A stretch of DNA of 64,000 nucleotides from the human T2T-CHM13v2.0 reference genome, Homo sapiens, in the NCBI RefSeq assembly GCF_009914755.1, contig NC_060926.1. The stretch is one strand, 5' to 3'. The notes beneath the pieces are model-generated. The model did not search any database. It was not told the origin of the DNA and saw only the letters and a list, made by a program, of their open reading frames with translations. Below, piece by piece: positions 12,695-30,075 of the stretch; position 1 is the first letter of the stretch; each line of letters begins with the position of its first letter. A program made the translations under genes and the position numbers.

Positions 12695-14269
12695 GTACCT
12701 ATTGATGTCTTTGTTCATATTGTTGTTATGAACATTCATGATGCATATTTTTATTAGAAATGTTCCACTCTTTAAATGACCATATTGGTAATATTTTATT
12801 TTTCTTCTCATACAGTAACTTTTTAAATATCAAATTTGTATTTTAACTCCTACTTATTTTGTGCACATTTTGCTTTATCTCTTTCTGATTCATTTAGCTT
12901 TAGGTTAGTTATCATTTTATACTGCATATTGTAACCTTTGATTTGTTTCCTAGATCTGAAAGACTGTCAGTTTACAACAAGGGATGGAGTTTTTTCATTT
13001 CTTTTTTCTCCAATTTGCCTTTCCCCTCCTCTTGTCCCGTCTTTTAACAAACCTCAATCCCATTTTGCCAACAAGAAATCTGTTGCTTTATGAGACTAAA
13101 TAACTTTCCCAGGTCACACAGATATAAGTATTAAGATTCTGATTCTGTTTGACATCAGAGTATTTACTCTTCATTACTGAGTTTATGAATTTTCAAACAT
13201 CCTATTATCCCTTACCAGTAAAGTAATAGTGATAGCTGAGAACTTAGAAAGCAGATGCCCTTTAGGACACAGGCAAGTTTCAGAGACAGTAAATACTGAA
13301 CCTTAAATGTCCATCACAACTGAGGATTTGTTAGACATTTACAGTATTTCCAACTGTGAACCATTAATTATCATTTACAAGGTTAAGTTTTACAATGACT
13401 TTCTATTCTGATAAAAAAAAAGAAATGACTTTTATTTTACTATAGGCACTAATTATAGGTCCTGATTTAAATATCTTAAAAAATTTTATAGCCTCTTTAT
13501 TTCTGGCTCAAATAATGTAGATAATGAGTTTCTCTGAGCCAAGATTTTTTGTTTATATATAAGGTGTTCTAACATTTTCCCTTGTGGGAAAATTTCTTCA
13601 ACATGCTTCTTTCTCTTACCATGATTTATTTTTAGTTTACATGAAAATTAGCCAAATAGCTGAATCTGTTGATAACGTTCTTTAATTGAGCAATCCTAGG
13701 TCTACATAGAGAACATTCTGGGCTTTGTCTTCTAGTGATATAAATGGGTACTTCTCAAGAGGCAAGTTTAGTTCTCATGTACTGTTTACAGTGATTTATA
13801 AGTGGAAACCTCCCTAGAAATAATTTCTAGAAAAAAATCAACCTAGAGTCATTGTAACAACAAAGAGATCAAAGCATACTAAAACCTCATTAGGTAGTAT
13901 CACCAAACCACAATTATAAAACAGTTTATTCCTTTCTTTCCTTCATTTAACAGAGATTTGAAAAATACTTTATTAAGCTTCTATTATGTGTCAGGCTCTG
14001 TAATATTTGGTTGAGAAGCAGAATCCTTTTGAATCCATCATCCCATACAATATTTCAGGCCGCCATTTTTAATTAATATGAATAGATACGCAAAATGAAA
14101 ATTACTTATCCTTCTCTGACCATGGATGCTTCACCGGAATAATCTGGAAACATACTTTAAATGGTAAGTATCTCTTTCAACTAACTCTGTACCTAACTGT
14201 GAACACGTACGTTATTCTTACTAATTATTTGTAAGTTTCAGAAAAACAGTCTTACATGCACTGTAAGTG

Positions 14270-14640
14270 TGTGTTTTAGTGTTAGATTCGCTAAGGAGCA
14301 GATCCAAGTATTTTAATACAAGTGATTTAGTGAAAACTCTTCCCAGGGCAATGGAGTGGAGGAAGCAAGCTAGGAAAAGGGAGGAAATCAAATGAGTGTG
14401 TAATTACAGGTGATGTCCCAGGCTCAGCCTGGTCTCTTACGGAACTGTAGAATATAAACTCAACTCAGTAACAAAAGGCATGAGTTGTGTATTACCCACA
14501 GGTCAGTCACTGGCCACGGGCTGTCCCAGGGTCCATGAAGTTCCCAGGAAATTCTTGTTTCCCTTGATAATTTAGCAGATCCAGTGGCCAAGGGCATCCT
14601 TTAATGTCCCTAAGTGCAGAAGGCAACTTTTGTCAGGGAC
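14270..14640. mobile_element. Old ERVL LTR fragment (LTR16-like)
   Basis: GC-richer island with AAGTGATTTA...GGAAGCAAGCTAGGAAAAGGG, typical of the LTR16 family (recalled). Confidence 0.4.
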
Positions 14641-16468
14641 AACGCTGAAGAAAGCACCTGCTCAAAGAAAGTTAAATATATCTCCCTTTTTCTTGAAATT
14701 CCCGTAGCCCATTTAACTTCACAACGGCCTTTCCACTGCTTAGTAATGGACTGCTTCTTTGTTCCAAATCTAGGAATATCCCATGACCTTAAAAATTGCT
14801 CCACAAGAAAGACTCATAGTCTGACATTAAATCAGTCTATTACCTACAAGTAAAAAAAAAAAAAAAAAAAAATCCCCATTTTTTTTCATATATGATATCT
14901 GCAATGACTTGGGTAAATTACTAGGTGATGTATATTTTTTCATTTTTGTATCTTCCCTGAAAACCTGATGCCTCACACGGGAAAGATGCTTAACAACTTT
15001 AATTTAAAATAAAATATCCTTTATGTCTAAAACAATTTAAATTCCAGCTACAGAGAAACATAAACACAGATGAAAAATAAGAACAAATTATTTAAATTTG
15101 TGGTCCTTGACATTTAATAATCTTAACATTGACCAACCTGCATAAACAGAAATGTAAGGCAGTGGGCACGAAATCCCGTTTGGGGAAGTTTCTTCAATGA
15201 AACTCTGCAAGTAGCAATCAAATTAGTCTCTCTATTAGACTCCTGGAAGGAGGCACCAAGATGATCTATAATTAAATTCCTAGAATCCAATTTTCACTAG
15301 CCGCTCCTAGAATAAACATCATTAAACTACACATTGCTCATCAAAGCAATGCATAAATGCTTTCTAGAGCACTAGAAAGGGATGAGCAAAGGCACACATT
15401 ATGTGTAATATTTGGATTCCTCAATCTAGCAAACAGAAGCAGAATACAGGGCAAAAAGATGTTATAAAATTACTCTCTCGGAGAGCTTGATGTATAATAG
15501 ATCATGTAGCATTTTATTTATTTGGCTGTTTTTGGTATAATAAATTCCCATCTTTGCATGCATAGCCCTATACTTTACCTCTTATTTTAAACATAAATGT
15601 TCAAAACCAATATGTACCTAAAGAGTTCAGCTATAAGGTTTTAAGGTTGATTTTTTTCTATATTTAAGAATTAAATGGGCATGTAACTTGAATTTTCTTT
15701 GTATTGCATGTGGTGTAGCATAGGGCATATTATAAAATTAATATTCTGTATTGTATATATATACATACACACAGATACATACATACACACACATATACAT
15801 ATATATATGTACACTCACATATATTCATGGTTCACAAGACAAATCTTCTATAATTGGTGACTTTAAAGGCCATAATCAATTATCTTATCTCACAGGAACA
15901 AATACACTTTGTTATTTAATTTCAATGTGTTCTCAATGGGAAGTTGTTTTTGAAGGGAGGCAGTAATTAGAACTGCAGTGAACCATTTGATAGTTGCAAG
16001 GTTGGACAGATTATTCTCCTGGGATACTTCTGCCTGAGAGTTTTTCTGGGTACAAGCCAGGTACAATAATCTTTATACTCACTTGAATTATTTCACCTTG
16101 AAACTTGGCCAAATATTACCATTAACAGAAGCTTTAACTTCAATCATAGAAAGCAAAAAAAAAAAAAAAAAAAAGAAAGAAATGTATAAACTTACACATG
16201 TTTTATGCTAAAATGTACAAATAAAATATCAAAGTAACACTATTTGAAATATTTTTGAAATGAAGTGACCAAAATATTTTCGTATTTACTTTGTAAGAGT
16301 AGTAATAAATATTTTAAGGAATCAACTGGATACAAATTCAAGGGAGTATAATGATGTTTTAAACTGATTTACAATTATTAGTAAATAATTATTTTAATTT
16401 TTAAGATTTTCAAAATTTGAAAAAAGTCAGGAGAAACACAAAAATAAAATCACAGAAATGACCTAGAG

Positions 16469-16810
16469 CAGGAATTAACAAATCTTTTCCATAAAGGGTC
16501 AGACGGTAAACCTTTTTGGCTTCCTGAGTCATATGGTCTCTGTCTCAACTACTCAACTCTGTAGTTAGAATAAAAGTAGCCAAAAACAATATGTAAATAA
16601 TGAGCATGGCTGTGTTTCAATAAACTATATTTATGGATGCTGAAATCCGGATTTCAAATAACATTTATACATCATAAAATATTATTCTTCTTTTGCCCTT
16701 TTTAAATCACTTAAAATGTAAATACTTTTCTTAGCTCAGAGAAAAACAGGCTACAGTAAGACAGAAGGTGAGCTGGATTTGGTCTGTGGTTCTTAGTGTG
16801 CAGACTGCTG
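16469..16810. mobile_element. MER58B-like hAT-Charlie MITE
   Basis: CAGGAATTAACAAA...GGTCTCTGTCTCAACTACTCAACTCTG...TGTGCAGACTGCTG with 8-bp flanks ACCTAGAG/ATCTATAG (nTCTAGAn-type target). Confidence 0.8.
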
Positions 16811-18038
16811 ATCTATAGTTCTAGAATATAACCTTCATATAAATTGGCACAGCTGACATTGTGATTTTTGCTTTTTTCTCTTCTATTTTTATAATAATGT
16901 ACCTTTATAAATGTATATTTTAATACAGTATTACAGTATATATACAGTGTTTATATAGAAATATAAACCTCCTTTGTAAAAAGATTATGAACTGTATCTC
17001 ATTAACATACTATCATGTTAATAAGAAATCTTATATATTAATATAATTGGTTTATACAATATCAGCATCATTACTGATATAATTTTCTTCATTTTACGGA
17101 TAAGAAACCTCAAACTCAAAGACTATCTAGAGGTTCCAAGTTCAGGTCCTCTGTTTTGAAGATAGAAAGACTGAAGCAGAAAAATATAATTTAAATTGCA
17201 GTAACAGAAATGGACCCTTCTGATCCTGAAACAACACTTGGGAACCAGTATGCTAGGTAAATAGCAGTTTAAAATACATTAACAAAGAAAGTAATAACAA
17301 ACACCATTTTATCCAAACGATGGAGAAGACTCATAGATAATTCTTTTTTCTCAGAAAAAAAAATACACCTCACCAGTGTGACAACAATAATGATTACTGA
17401 TTATTTTCCAGTCTCAAAATTATTCATATGGACAGTGCTGAGTAAACACTCTCAAACTCTGTTTATTCTTCATTTCTTAATTCATGTTAACGATCAACAT
17501 TTCCCTAGTAAAGATTTTCCATTAAGTACAATAAATTCAATTTAATTTCTTTTGTATTACAATTTTCCAGTTCTGAGTTTAGCCCATGTCATCTTGACTG
17601 AACATGGTTGTGATGTTTTCCTTTATAGACAATTTACAGTTTTTGCTATCAGTGTATATCATTTATTACTGTCACATACTATTAGTGTAATTAATTAGTC
17701 TAATTGTCAGAAAACCATCTTAGCCCGCCCCTGCGCCCAAACACCATTTTTTTCTAATTTCTTTGGAGACACCTTAAGGTTTTTTCTGAGTGTTTTCTAT
17801 TTTACATGGTTGTAGAAACTGATTGAATGAGGTTTGACTCACAGTAGCTGCTAAATGCATTTTTGTGGTTTCTTACTTTCTTACCTCTCTCACACGTAAT
17901 GTATTAAGGCAGAGAAAAAAAAAGCTCCATGCTTTAGCTTACTGTAAGTGTCTTCAGAAAAGCTCATTTTTTCTTTCTCAGTTCATTATGTAAAATATTT
18001 AATGCAGTTGGAAATTACAGCCCAAATCTCAATTATGG

Positions 18039-18040
<2 letters not shown>

Positions 18041-18076
<36 letters not shown>
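18041..18076. repeat. (GT)n microsatellite
   Basis: Read directly. Confidence 0.95.
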
Positions 18077-18080
<4 letters not shown>

Positions 18081-19232
18081 ACGCACACATGTATATGTGT
18101 GCACAATCTGTAAGCCAAATTTTCTGAGGTAATAGTTTATCTTTAAATTCTTAAAAGTTTTCTATTTTTATGCATATTTTCTCTGAGATCCTAGTTTCAA
18201 AACTGTGGTTTTACAGAGGGAAAATGCCTACTCTTTTCTCACAGCAAGGCTATTATTTACTCTCCTAAAATATTTATAAAGAGTTTTAAAGTATTAACCT
18301 AAATACTTTTTAAATTTTTGCTTAAATATATTTTTCATTCTGTTTTGGGAAGTTCTACCCTATAAGAATTGTGAATTGATGGGCATTGTAGAAGACTGAA
18401 GATAAATAAGCAGTTTTTAAAATATGACAACAAATTGGCAGTCATGTTAGCAATACATGAAAGTGACATTATTAAAATATGTTGATTTGTAATTGTTTTG
18501 ACATTTTACCACTGACTTTTCAAAACAGTATTATGAGTACAATCAACTCCATATTTTAAGAAGTATTAGCAGATAGCTATTAAGTACCTCTCTTGGTGCC
18601 AGACAGCAAATCAATGGAATGATCAATATCACAATCCACAGGCCCTGAATCAGCTACAAAATAAGTGAATTTTGTCCAAATATTAATGTTCACACAAAAC
18701 AATCATTAAGGTTATTAGTAAGATCACTTGTAATCATTAATACTATCAATTATTTAAAAGTTTTTGGTTTTCTATCCCCAAAAATGTATTTTTTAGTATA
18801 TATATTATCCTGATCTCCTGAATTCAGATGTTGGGCTTATTTTTTAAAAGGTTGGAAGGGTTATGTGACTCTAAGTGTTATGACTTTAGCCAAAGAGCAA
18901 AACAAAATTCCAGTAAACGTGAGCTGCGCTTAAAGAAACTAATCTAAACAGTTCCAGAGATTTGTTGTTCATTGGATTTATTTTTAACTGCTGGTAAAAA
19001 ACTGATATCATCAGTAATTACACGAATATTCATCTTAAATTTTAGAGGAACTCTATATTAAATATATCTCAAATAATCTATTATGCCTTTCTAATATACT
19101 CTGAAAGACCTCAGGTAACTTAATATTTAGTCACTGGGGAAATGAAAGAAGAGCATACATAAAGCTCTATGGCATCCTTAATCATTTTGTTAAAAACAGC
19201 AATAACTATTCTCTTTTAAGAAAGGAAAAGCA

Positions 19233-19730
<498 letters not shown>

Positions 19731-21739
19731 TCAATAATACTTCTCAGTACATATCTGTATGTATTAAGAATGCCACATAATAAAAATACACATAATAGAA
19801 ATGATCAACAGCTGATAAATAATAAGCATCTCCTAAATCTAGTATTCTATTGCAATAATTATTGAAAGTCATTTAGCAATACTAACTAAAATGTATTAGA
19901 TGTTTATCTTGAACTATGACCTAAAAATTCTACTCTTCTTCAAAACACTTATGTGAAGGAAATACACAGATCTATTGTAAAGTTGAACTGTCAGGATTTC
20001 CATCACAGTTTTCATTACAATAGAAAAATTAGGGACACTATAACTATCTAATGTAGGGCTTTGATTAAATAAATTATAATGTAATAAAATGCAATATAAA
20101 AAGTAAAATATTTACTAGAAATATTATCTGCATTAATTTGTTTATGATTTACTGATAAATAATTATAGCAGATTTATTTATTGTTATAAAATTTATATTG
20201 ATAAAGGATTACAAAACTAACTATATATTCGACCTCACTGTATTTAAAAGAGAGGCATAATATAAAGTGCTGAAAGTAAAGGAAATAAATGCTACAATTT
20301 ATGGAGTGAGATTTAGGTCATAAAATGTGTTTTGGCTGCTTGTCTGCATTTTAAAATTTATCATCAATTATTTTTGTAATCTGCATATTTAAAAAGATGT
20401 ACATATTTGTTTCCGAAACAATATTAAATGTTGAAATTTTGAGAGGTCTAAGTTTCATCGATTTTTCTTCTCCATTCTTTCCTTGATAAAAAAATGAGAA
20501 AAAAAAAACTTTTTTTCAATAGTTTTACTTACAAAACAAATTGCCACAAATTAAACTGTCAACAAATATCAAAGGGAAAGCAAATCTTTTTGATAACTGC
20601 CTAGCAAAATGTCACTTTGGGATATTTGACATTTTGATACAATCATTGATAATTGTTGTGAAAAGCTCAGTAAATTTGTAAACCAGGTGCAAATAATGTG
20701 GCATAAAATGATCATTATGCAAATTAATAGCTTAAATCTTCACATGTAGCTAATGTGTTTATGCTGAAGTTGAAGGCATTTATTTTCTTCTCACCTAGCA
20801 GAACCAACTGCAAGCACATCCTTCTAATTGTCTACATGTTGAGAAAACTACCTATATTACTACCTAAAGAAGCCCACCAAAGACACACTACATAAAATGG
20901 GATCATTTTAGGCCTTCTATACAAGTGGTATAATAGGAGAAAAAGGTTTCAAGATAAAATAACTTACACACAGTTGTTATAGGAAAGAAACTTAATAATC
21001 ACAGGTTCTTGTTCTCAATCAGTGAGGAAATTGGAAACTAAAGTAATTGAATTTCTCCCTCAAAACTTAACAATTAGTGGAATAATGGGACTGTAATTCT
21101 AGTCTAGTCATAAATTTACCTACGCATTAGATTATATGTGAAAAGAAAAGCTATTTCCTTTATTTCTTTGTTGCTGATTTTATCTCCCTTACTCTGCTTG
21201 GTGCATGAGGAATTGGCAGTGTCATAATGGCCAGTTCCAGTAATCCAAGCCCAAAGTAACGACTGTGTCTTTTTGCAACTCTTCATGAGAAGAGGCTTCT
21301 ATTTCTCTGTATGTTTCTCTGAATAAGGGGCAGGTATGATGAGATAGATATTCTGAGGGAATTAGAGACTATTATAAATACTTAACAATGGTGAGGAAAA
21401 TGCAGAATGATACATGGGCAGCATAATACCACCAGTCTTACTTAATAAATATGTGCAATCATTATTTGTCAATTAAGAATACAATAAAACTTAAAGTTGT
21501 TCTTTTTTCCAGTGGCTTTTGAAAGCTAGATGGAAAAGCTGAGAAGCCAACATTTAGACTTTTACAAAATCACAGTTTAACTGGCAGCATGTAATAGGCA
21601 TGCAAATAAGGAAAAGAATTTGAGATGTTGGCAAGAGAATGATTAAAATGATGCAGCAGAGAATTTAGATAAAAGGGGAAGATAGATAATTCAGTAGCGG
21701 GGATATGGCTAGGAGGCTAATCAACAAAGAGATATTACA

Positions 21740-22060
<321 letters not shown>

Positions 22061-22589
22061 TTACAGAAATAACAGGCCTAGAGTTCTTGGTGAGAATGCA
22101 AGACAGGTGTAGGGGGCAGTCACATGTGAAAGCTACAAGGATAGGTTAGGATGGAAAAAGTGGGAGAGTTGATTTCAAAAGTTCAGAATTGCAGTGAGTT
22201 TAGATAAGTATGCAAATCAGTGGCTGAAACAGAGTCAAAGTGAAGGTCCCAGATGTTGAGAACATTATGGAATTAAGAAGTTTACATGTTGGATGTCTGT
22301 CTGGATGCCTAATTAACTTTGCAGAATCTATTACTGAACTTGAGTGAAGAGAATGACAAAGAGTCAGGTGATACAATCTTTAACTAATACTAAAATGTTG
22401 CCAAGAACTCTATAGGTGGGAGCAACTAGAAAGAATAATGGATGGTATAAATATATGACACAAGTGAGTAGGCCAATATGGGCAGCATAGAACAAACACA
22501 CCAAAAACAACAATGTCAAGTATAAACCCAGATTATTCTCAAGACATGTGAGGATTAAATGCAAGAATGCTTTAGAAATACACAGGGCT

Positions 22590-22953
<364 letters not shown>

Positions 22954-23383
22954 TCAACTGACAGACAAGCCTTAAAAATCAATGCCTAATGTATATTATT
23001 TATTATTTGTAGAAGTAATTCACCCAAAGATATTTTCTGCAAATATGTGGTTGACAATACACTGAAATCTAATCAAGACAACTGCTAAGTAATCTTTGAC
23101 CTAGGCAAAAATTAAGGGAAGTTTAATGTATGCAACTTTATGAATAGTAGAATTAGTTGAATGAATTGAGTTTTTGTTTAGAGCAACTATTTATTGATGT
23201 GTCTTGAGCTCTCTCCAGAGGACCTTGTGCTCACACAAAGGTGAGTGTTTTGCCATGGCAAATATGTCTTTATAGCAGTAATGGTAATTATAGGTCCCAG
23301 AGCTTGTTCCTGTGAAGGGTCTTCAGGTAACTTTCTTCACTCTGATTCTGTGTAGAGGAAAAGAAATCCTAGTTTATACATCA

Positions 23384-24245
<862 letters not shown>

Positions 24246-26053
24246 ATATATAATTCTTTTTGGAAAACTTAGGGAAAATAAACATGAAAAAAGATCGTAT
24301 GTTTAAAATTACAGATTAGATTCTAATATTCTGTTTCTACTTGTGAAGCCCTGTCTTAGCAAGCAGGCTTTCTCCTTTTTTATAATTTCTACCCAATCAC
24401 CTTCAACATTTATGCAAAAATGAGTTTCAAAGTATAACGTACAAAATATAAGAAACATATGAGAGCACTAGGCTTATTATCCATAGCATTTGTAGGCGTA
24501 GATAAGGTCAAATCTGTAAATTGTTAAAAAACAAAACACTTCGGATATTAATACTAAGCTGAGTGATAGATGGCAGGATGGTGATTTACATGTTGGCAGG
24601 ATCAAAGTGTTCTGAGTGTGATGTGTGTGGAAGTGGCTTTGTCTCTCCGTTTCATACTACTGTGGTGCCGTAAACCATAGCCTCGTCCATGAGATGAGAT
24701 CCAGGAATGCTTTGGAAGCTCTCCTTTCTGCCTTGCACATATGCCGTATAAGCATAATGGGCCCCAAGGTACACTTCCTGTGTGCAGGCCCAGCTGTCTG
24801 CTATGTTTTCCCTCCTCCCATCTGACAGCCAGCAGGAGACTAACCAGCAGTAGTCTAGCAACCTGAGCCAGATCATCCCCAGGCACGTGAGACAAGTGAT
24901 GAGTTCTGGGCTTTTTTGTTGTCTTGCTCTCATTGAAGATACTTTCCTGCAATTGTTAAGTGTGTGGTTTGGTGTGAAGTTGTTTAGTCCAAATTAGCTT
25001 ATCAAAATCACATTGCTGCCTGTAGTCCAGTTCAGCTTCTCCCAACTGCAGGTTTGGGCATCAATATAGATTTTTAAAAATGTGTTCCTTTGTTTTCATC
25101 TCTTGTTGCCCTCTGTGGCTATATCATCTTCAGATACCTTGACTGAATGTCCCTGAGTTCAGATGAGTTTATGGCAGAGGCAATGTTCAAAATCTTTAAC
25201 AATTGGTGTGGCATGAATTCTTCAGCATAGATGCTGCCCTTACAGCTAGAGAAGGATCCTAGATAAACCAGTTAGGCCAGTAATTCTTATTTAATTGCTG
25301 GATCAAAGAGATTTCTCCAGGACGAGCTGGGCATCTGAGTGGTAGCAGCTTTCAGGTGGGCTGATTGTGGCAGAATTCTACCCACAACCAGTATAGCAAA
25401 ATACAGTGTTTTCCAGGTAACTAAAAACACTGATTTAGTGAAGATTTTTCTTGTATTACATTCAATGGCTATCAAGCTATTTTAATAGTATAAATAACCA
25501 ATGATTATGTCTAACAACATTCAAAATATTGTGTTGACTATTTTAGGAAATATGATTGTGACTCAAGATCTGTTTGCTTAATTGGTTGGACTGGATTAAG
25601 GAAATTAGTAGCGAGTGCACTTAGGTTAACGATGACACAGTAGTCAGAGTTGGTAGTAACAATTTTTCTGCATTTTCTTTTGCTCTTTAATCAATTTAAC
25701 TACATATACTTGACTGTCTGTTACTTCTGGATCAAAGAGTATCTTAGTACATTTTTATTTAGGTGTGAATTCAACTATCAAAGTCATTAAAAACATTGCT
25801 TGTGTTTCAGCCCACATTTCTGTGCATAGAAAAGGCCACTGTAACACTTTACAGTTATAATCTCACATCTCACTCCTCCCTTAAAAAAGGGACATGTCAG
25901 GGATCTTTCATATACTGAAAATATCCAGAGATCTGAAGCAGCTTGAACAAACTTAATTCTCAGTGCCTTACCTTCTATGTTTTAGTAAGCCTACTACCAA
26001 AACACACAATAATACATGGAGTTGTAGACTATGCACATGTAATACTCTACACA

Positions 26054-26185
26054 TACACACTTACATTCTTTCCCTCTTTGTCTCTCCCTCCCTCTCTTCC
26101 TCACTGACACACACACACACACACACACACCCCTACACACTTACATTCTTTCCCTCTTTGTCTCTCCCTCCCTCTCTTCCTCACT

Positions 26186-26222
<37 letters not shown>
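26054..26222. repeat. 80-bp tandem duplication, each unit ending in (CA)n
   Basis: TACACACTTACATTCTTTCCCTCTTTGTCTCTCCCTCCCTCTCTTCCTCACTGAC(AC)n at 26054 and 26134. Confidence 0.95.
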
Positions 26223-26225
<3 letters not shown>

Positions 26226-27589
26226 GGCAAAAATATGAGGAGGCTTTTGATTGGGGTCTAGTGTAGTCTGAAATTCTGCAATACAGTTCATTCAAATCCC
26301 TCTTTGCAATTTTAACTCTATTTGAATGAGATCAATTAACTAATTGTTTCAGCCTATTCTTTGTTTTCTATCTGGAGAACTCTAATACTGAGGAATTAAA
26401 ACATGAAGAATGAAAGAAAAGCTCTCCAAAGCTGGCACTGCTATTTAAAACACACCTTTCATTGCACACTTTTCAATGACTTGGTGGTCCCTAGGTTTGT
26501 GTTTTATATTATTTTCTGTTTGGTTAAATGCTTTATAAGTACATGTTCTCCTCTGTTGTACATAATTAGTCAAACCATCTCGTGTTTCCTTTATGCAAAA
26601 CTGTTTCCACATTGGATGCACTTCCTTCCACACAAGAGACAACTGAAAATGTAAGATCATGCTAATACCTATGGGCGCTTCATTTAAAAGTTAAATGGAT
26701 CTGCCTCTGAATTCCTGAATTTCTGTAACTCTTCCAGATGAAGTCATGGCTATGAATCTCTTGAGGTTCAGTTTTACATGTTCCTGATCTAATTATGTAT
26801 AAGAAAGGAATCATATAATGAACTTCTTCACAGAAGTAAATGAAGTAGGGAAATAACTCTAGCTTTTGTCTTGTGGTATTCAGAATGCCTTGATGCTGGT
26901 CCTTCATGGGCTCATGATGTCAACTCTTCCCAGGCTTTTCCTGTTTCTTGCCATGTTCCAGAGGTGAAAATGTCTCAATGTGATTCTTCCTAAATATTTG
27001 TCTCACTTCCTCTAAATAAAAGCTAAATACCATGCCAGAATTTTTGTTTTACCAATTGACTCCCTGACGGTAAAGATGGGTGGTGATGATAGCATGAGAA
27101 AGCTGAATTAAAGTATTTTAAATGTTCTGCAATATTCAACATTCCTATATATCAAAGATTGGTGACATTAATAATAAATTTGTCGAAGCTATTTGATTGA
27201 GACATATGGCAAGAACCAGTGGCTGCGCTATAGAACTCAGCATTGCATTTGAGGTTTTACCGTTGATCTCTGATTCTTTGGTTCTTAACTTTCACTATGT
27301 ATACGTGCATTGTTTACTCCAGCTTGTCACCTGATTCAGACTAGCAAATATCAGCAAGGAAGCTCATACTTGTGGCAACATATGCTTATTTGATGAATTA
27401 AGGAAATAATACTTCATTTTATTTACTCTCTTCATTCCAACATTTTTTCATCAATGTCTAAGGTTTCACTGTTTTAAAATTCTACTCTCACTATCTTTTA
27501 ATTCCCAAACTACAGTTAACTTCACTTCAGCTTCTGCCATGTCCTTAGTGATCGCAATTATTATTAGAGATTTTTCAACTGTTGTTACA

Positions 27590-27740
27590 ATCATCTGGTT
27601 CTATGTTAACAATAATGATCCCCAGACATCACCCTCAGAGAATTGGGTCTGGAACAGGGCTCTAGAATGTGCATAATCATAAAAACCCCAAGCAATTCTG
27701 ATTCAGGTAGTGCTCCTGCTTACACTTCGGGAAACACTGA
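27590..27740. mobile_element. MER5-family hAT fragment
   Basis: GGTCTGGAACAGGGCTCTAGAATGTGCAT...ATTCTGAT...TTCGGGAAACACTG followed by ACCTAG. Confidence 0.55.
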
Positions 27741-29292
27741 CCTAGATATTCTAATCCACAAAGTTACTTCACCATATAAATAATAAAATTCAATACTATA
27801 GTCTTTGGACACAGCCTCATAACTTTTTATCTCTTTCTCACTCTCCCTCATAAATTCTAGACCTCATAGAATTATGCTTTCATGACAGGCAGTGTTTCTC
27901 AGACTATGCATCAGCTAAGCTAACTTACCTTCTGCATCCTATTATTTACATTTAAATATTTTCTTGCCAGCATCTTAATCCCCTTTCATGCCTTACTTCA
28001 GTCACAAAGATCCTCCCCGGAAAAGAGAAAGATAAACAGAAAAATGGAAAAAAATTAAAAAACTATAATAATCCTACATCTGCATTGCTGTGTGCAATTG
28101 GAGAAAATCATTCACCTAGTTGGTCACCAATAACAATTCTGAATTTTAAATTAAAATGTCCTCAGTACTATTTATCAATCACTTATTTTACCTCTATACC
28201 CTACTTCACCCATTTTAAAAAACATTATACCAAATGCAAAGACCAATAATAGAAATCCTAGCTGCACTTTCAAAAAAAAAAAAATGTGTTGCTTTCTTCC
28301 ATAATTTCCCATAAAATTGTTGTGTCTTTCACAAACTTAGAAACATCTGCATACAGGTCTTGTTTATCTAGTCTCATTTGTTGAAACGATTAGTCCTTCT
28401 TTTCCTAATCTGGGCCATTGCTGTTCTCCTTGACCACATAACTTATGAACTTTCATCATTGAACATATCCTTTCTCTTTTGTATATTCACTCTGTTGGAC
28501 AGTTAGTGCCTTGTCTTTAGCCAATAATATGTATTTATTGTTCCCATTTTATAAAAATATATTTTGAACTTTATTTTTATCTAGCTATTGCAGTATTTTA
28601 AAACTTTTTTAAAGTTGTAGAAAGAGTTCTCTTTTGCTAACTCCATGTTGATTATGGCCCAGATGTTATCCAACCATTATTATCTACTTTCTATACCCAT
28701 ATCTTCTCTTATCTCCTTGACATAATGTTGGTTGGATAATTTTCTCTAACCGCTAAGTAGCTCCACCTTGTTCTCTTGAAATACATATTATCTTTCTTAG
28801 CATTTGCAATCATTTAGTCAAAAACCTAAGCTAAGTCTTTTGCTGCTGTTTTCAACAAACTAATGCAATTCATTTCTTGCTACGTTTTCCATGATTTAGA
28901 TTTTCATTTTATAAAGCTCACAATACACAGTAGCTAGATATATTGAATCTATCCTTCCTTGCCTTTTTACTTTTACTTTATAATTTTTATTTCTTTACAT
29001 ATTTGCATTTTTCTCTGGTACAGACTCACTACATATTGTTTTAAATTTTAGGGTATTCTTTTATTTTGTTCCAAATACTTTTAAAAATAAGCAAAAATTT
29101 GATTAAAAGTTTTAAATAATTATTAAGTTTCATAATAAGTTTATCAATTAGCTTTGTTTTGTTTCTCTTTCTCAAATTTTCTATCTTTCTGATAATATTT
29201 AGCATCCTAAATAATTATAAATAAGCATTTACATGGCTCAAAATGTACTTGATATTAGGAGTGGAGAATCACTTTCATTTCTTTTGAATTAA

Positions 29293-30075
29293 ACAACTTT
29301 ATTTTTAAGATGGATTTAGATTTACAGAAAATTGAGTAAATAGTACAGAGAGTTCCCAAAATATTCCCTTTCTTTCCTGTTCACAGTCTCCCCTATTATT
29401 AACATCTTGCATTAGTGTGGTACATATATTGTAGTTGATAAACTTATGTTGATACATTATTATGAACTAAATTTTACAGTTTGCGTTAGGGTTCACTCTG
29501 TGTGTTATATAATTCTATGAGTTTTGACAAATGCATAATATCATGTTTCCACAATTACAGTATCATAGAGAGTAGTTTCACTTCCTAAAGACTATCCAGT
29601 GCTCCATCAATTCATCCCTCCTCCTTCTCCCAAAGCCCTGGTAACCACTGAACTTGTTCACTGTTTCTACATCTTTGAGATGTGCGTGACTTTGACAGAT
29701 GTCATATGGTTAGATCATGTAGCATGCACTTTTTTTAGACTGAGTTCTTTCCCTAAGCAATATGCATTTAATAGTCCTCCACATCTATTTGTGATTCAAT
29801 AGCTCATTTTTTTTTATGAATGAATACTATTCCATTGTACGGATGTGCCACAGTTTGCTTATTCATTCACCCTTTGAAGAACATTCAGTTGCTTCATGTT
29901 TTTGAAGATTATGAATAAAGCTGCTATAAATATTTGCATGGAGATTTTTGTGTAGATATGACTTTTTAACTCATATGGATAGATATGTACGGGCATGATT
30001 GCTAGATAATATATAAAGATTATGCTTAGCTTTGTAAGAAACTGACAGACTGTCTTTCAAAGTTGCTCTACCAGT
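29293..30075 (-). mobile_element. Old L1M (L1MC/MD-type) 3' end
   Basis: TTTAGATTTACAGAAAA...TAGTACAGAGAGTTCCC and ATGAATAAAGCTGCTATAAA are typical antisense L1M 3' UTR/ORF2 end. Confidence 0.75.

Noticed and set aside
14100-14170. Possible exon ending ATG|GTAAGT
   Set aside because: An isolated donor-like motif with no supported acceptor or ORF; expected by chance.
24530-25400. GC-richer island with several overlapping ORFs (also 35540-36260)
   Set aside because: Probably old LTR/DNA-element relics that I cannot assign; no coding signature.
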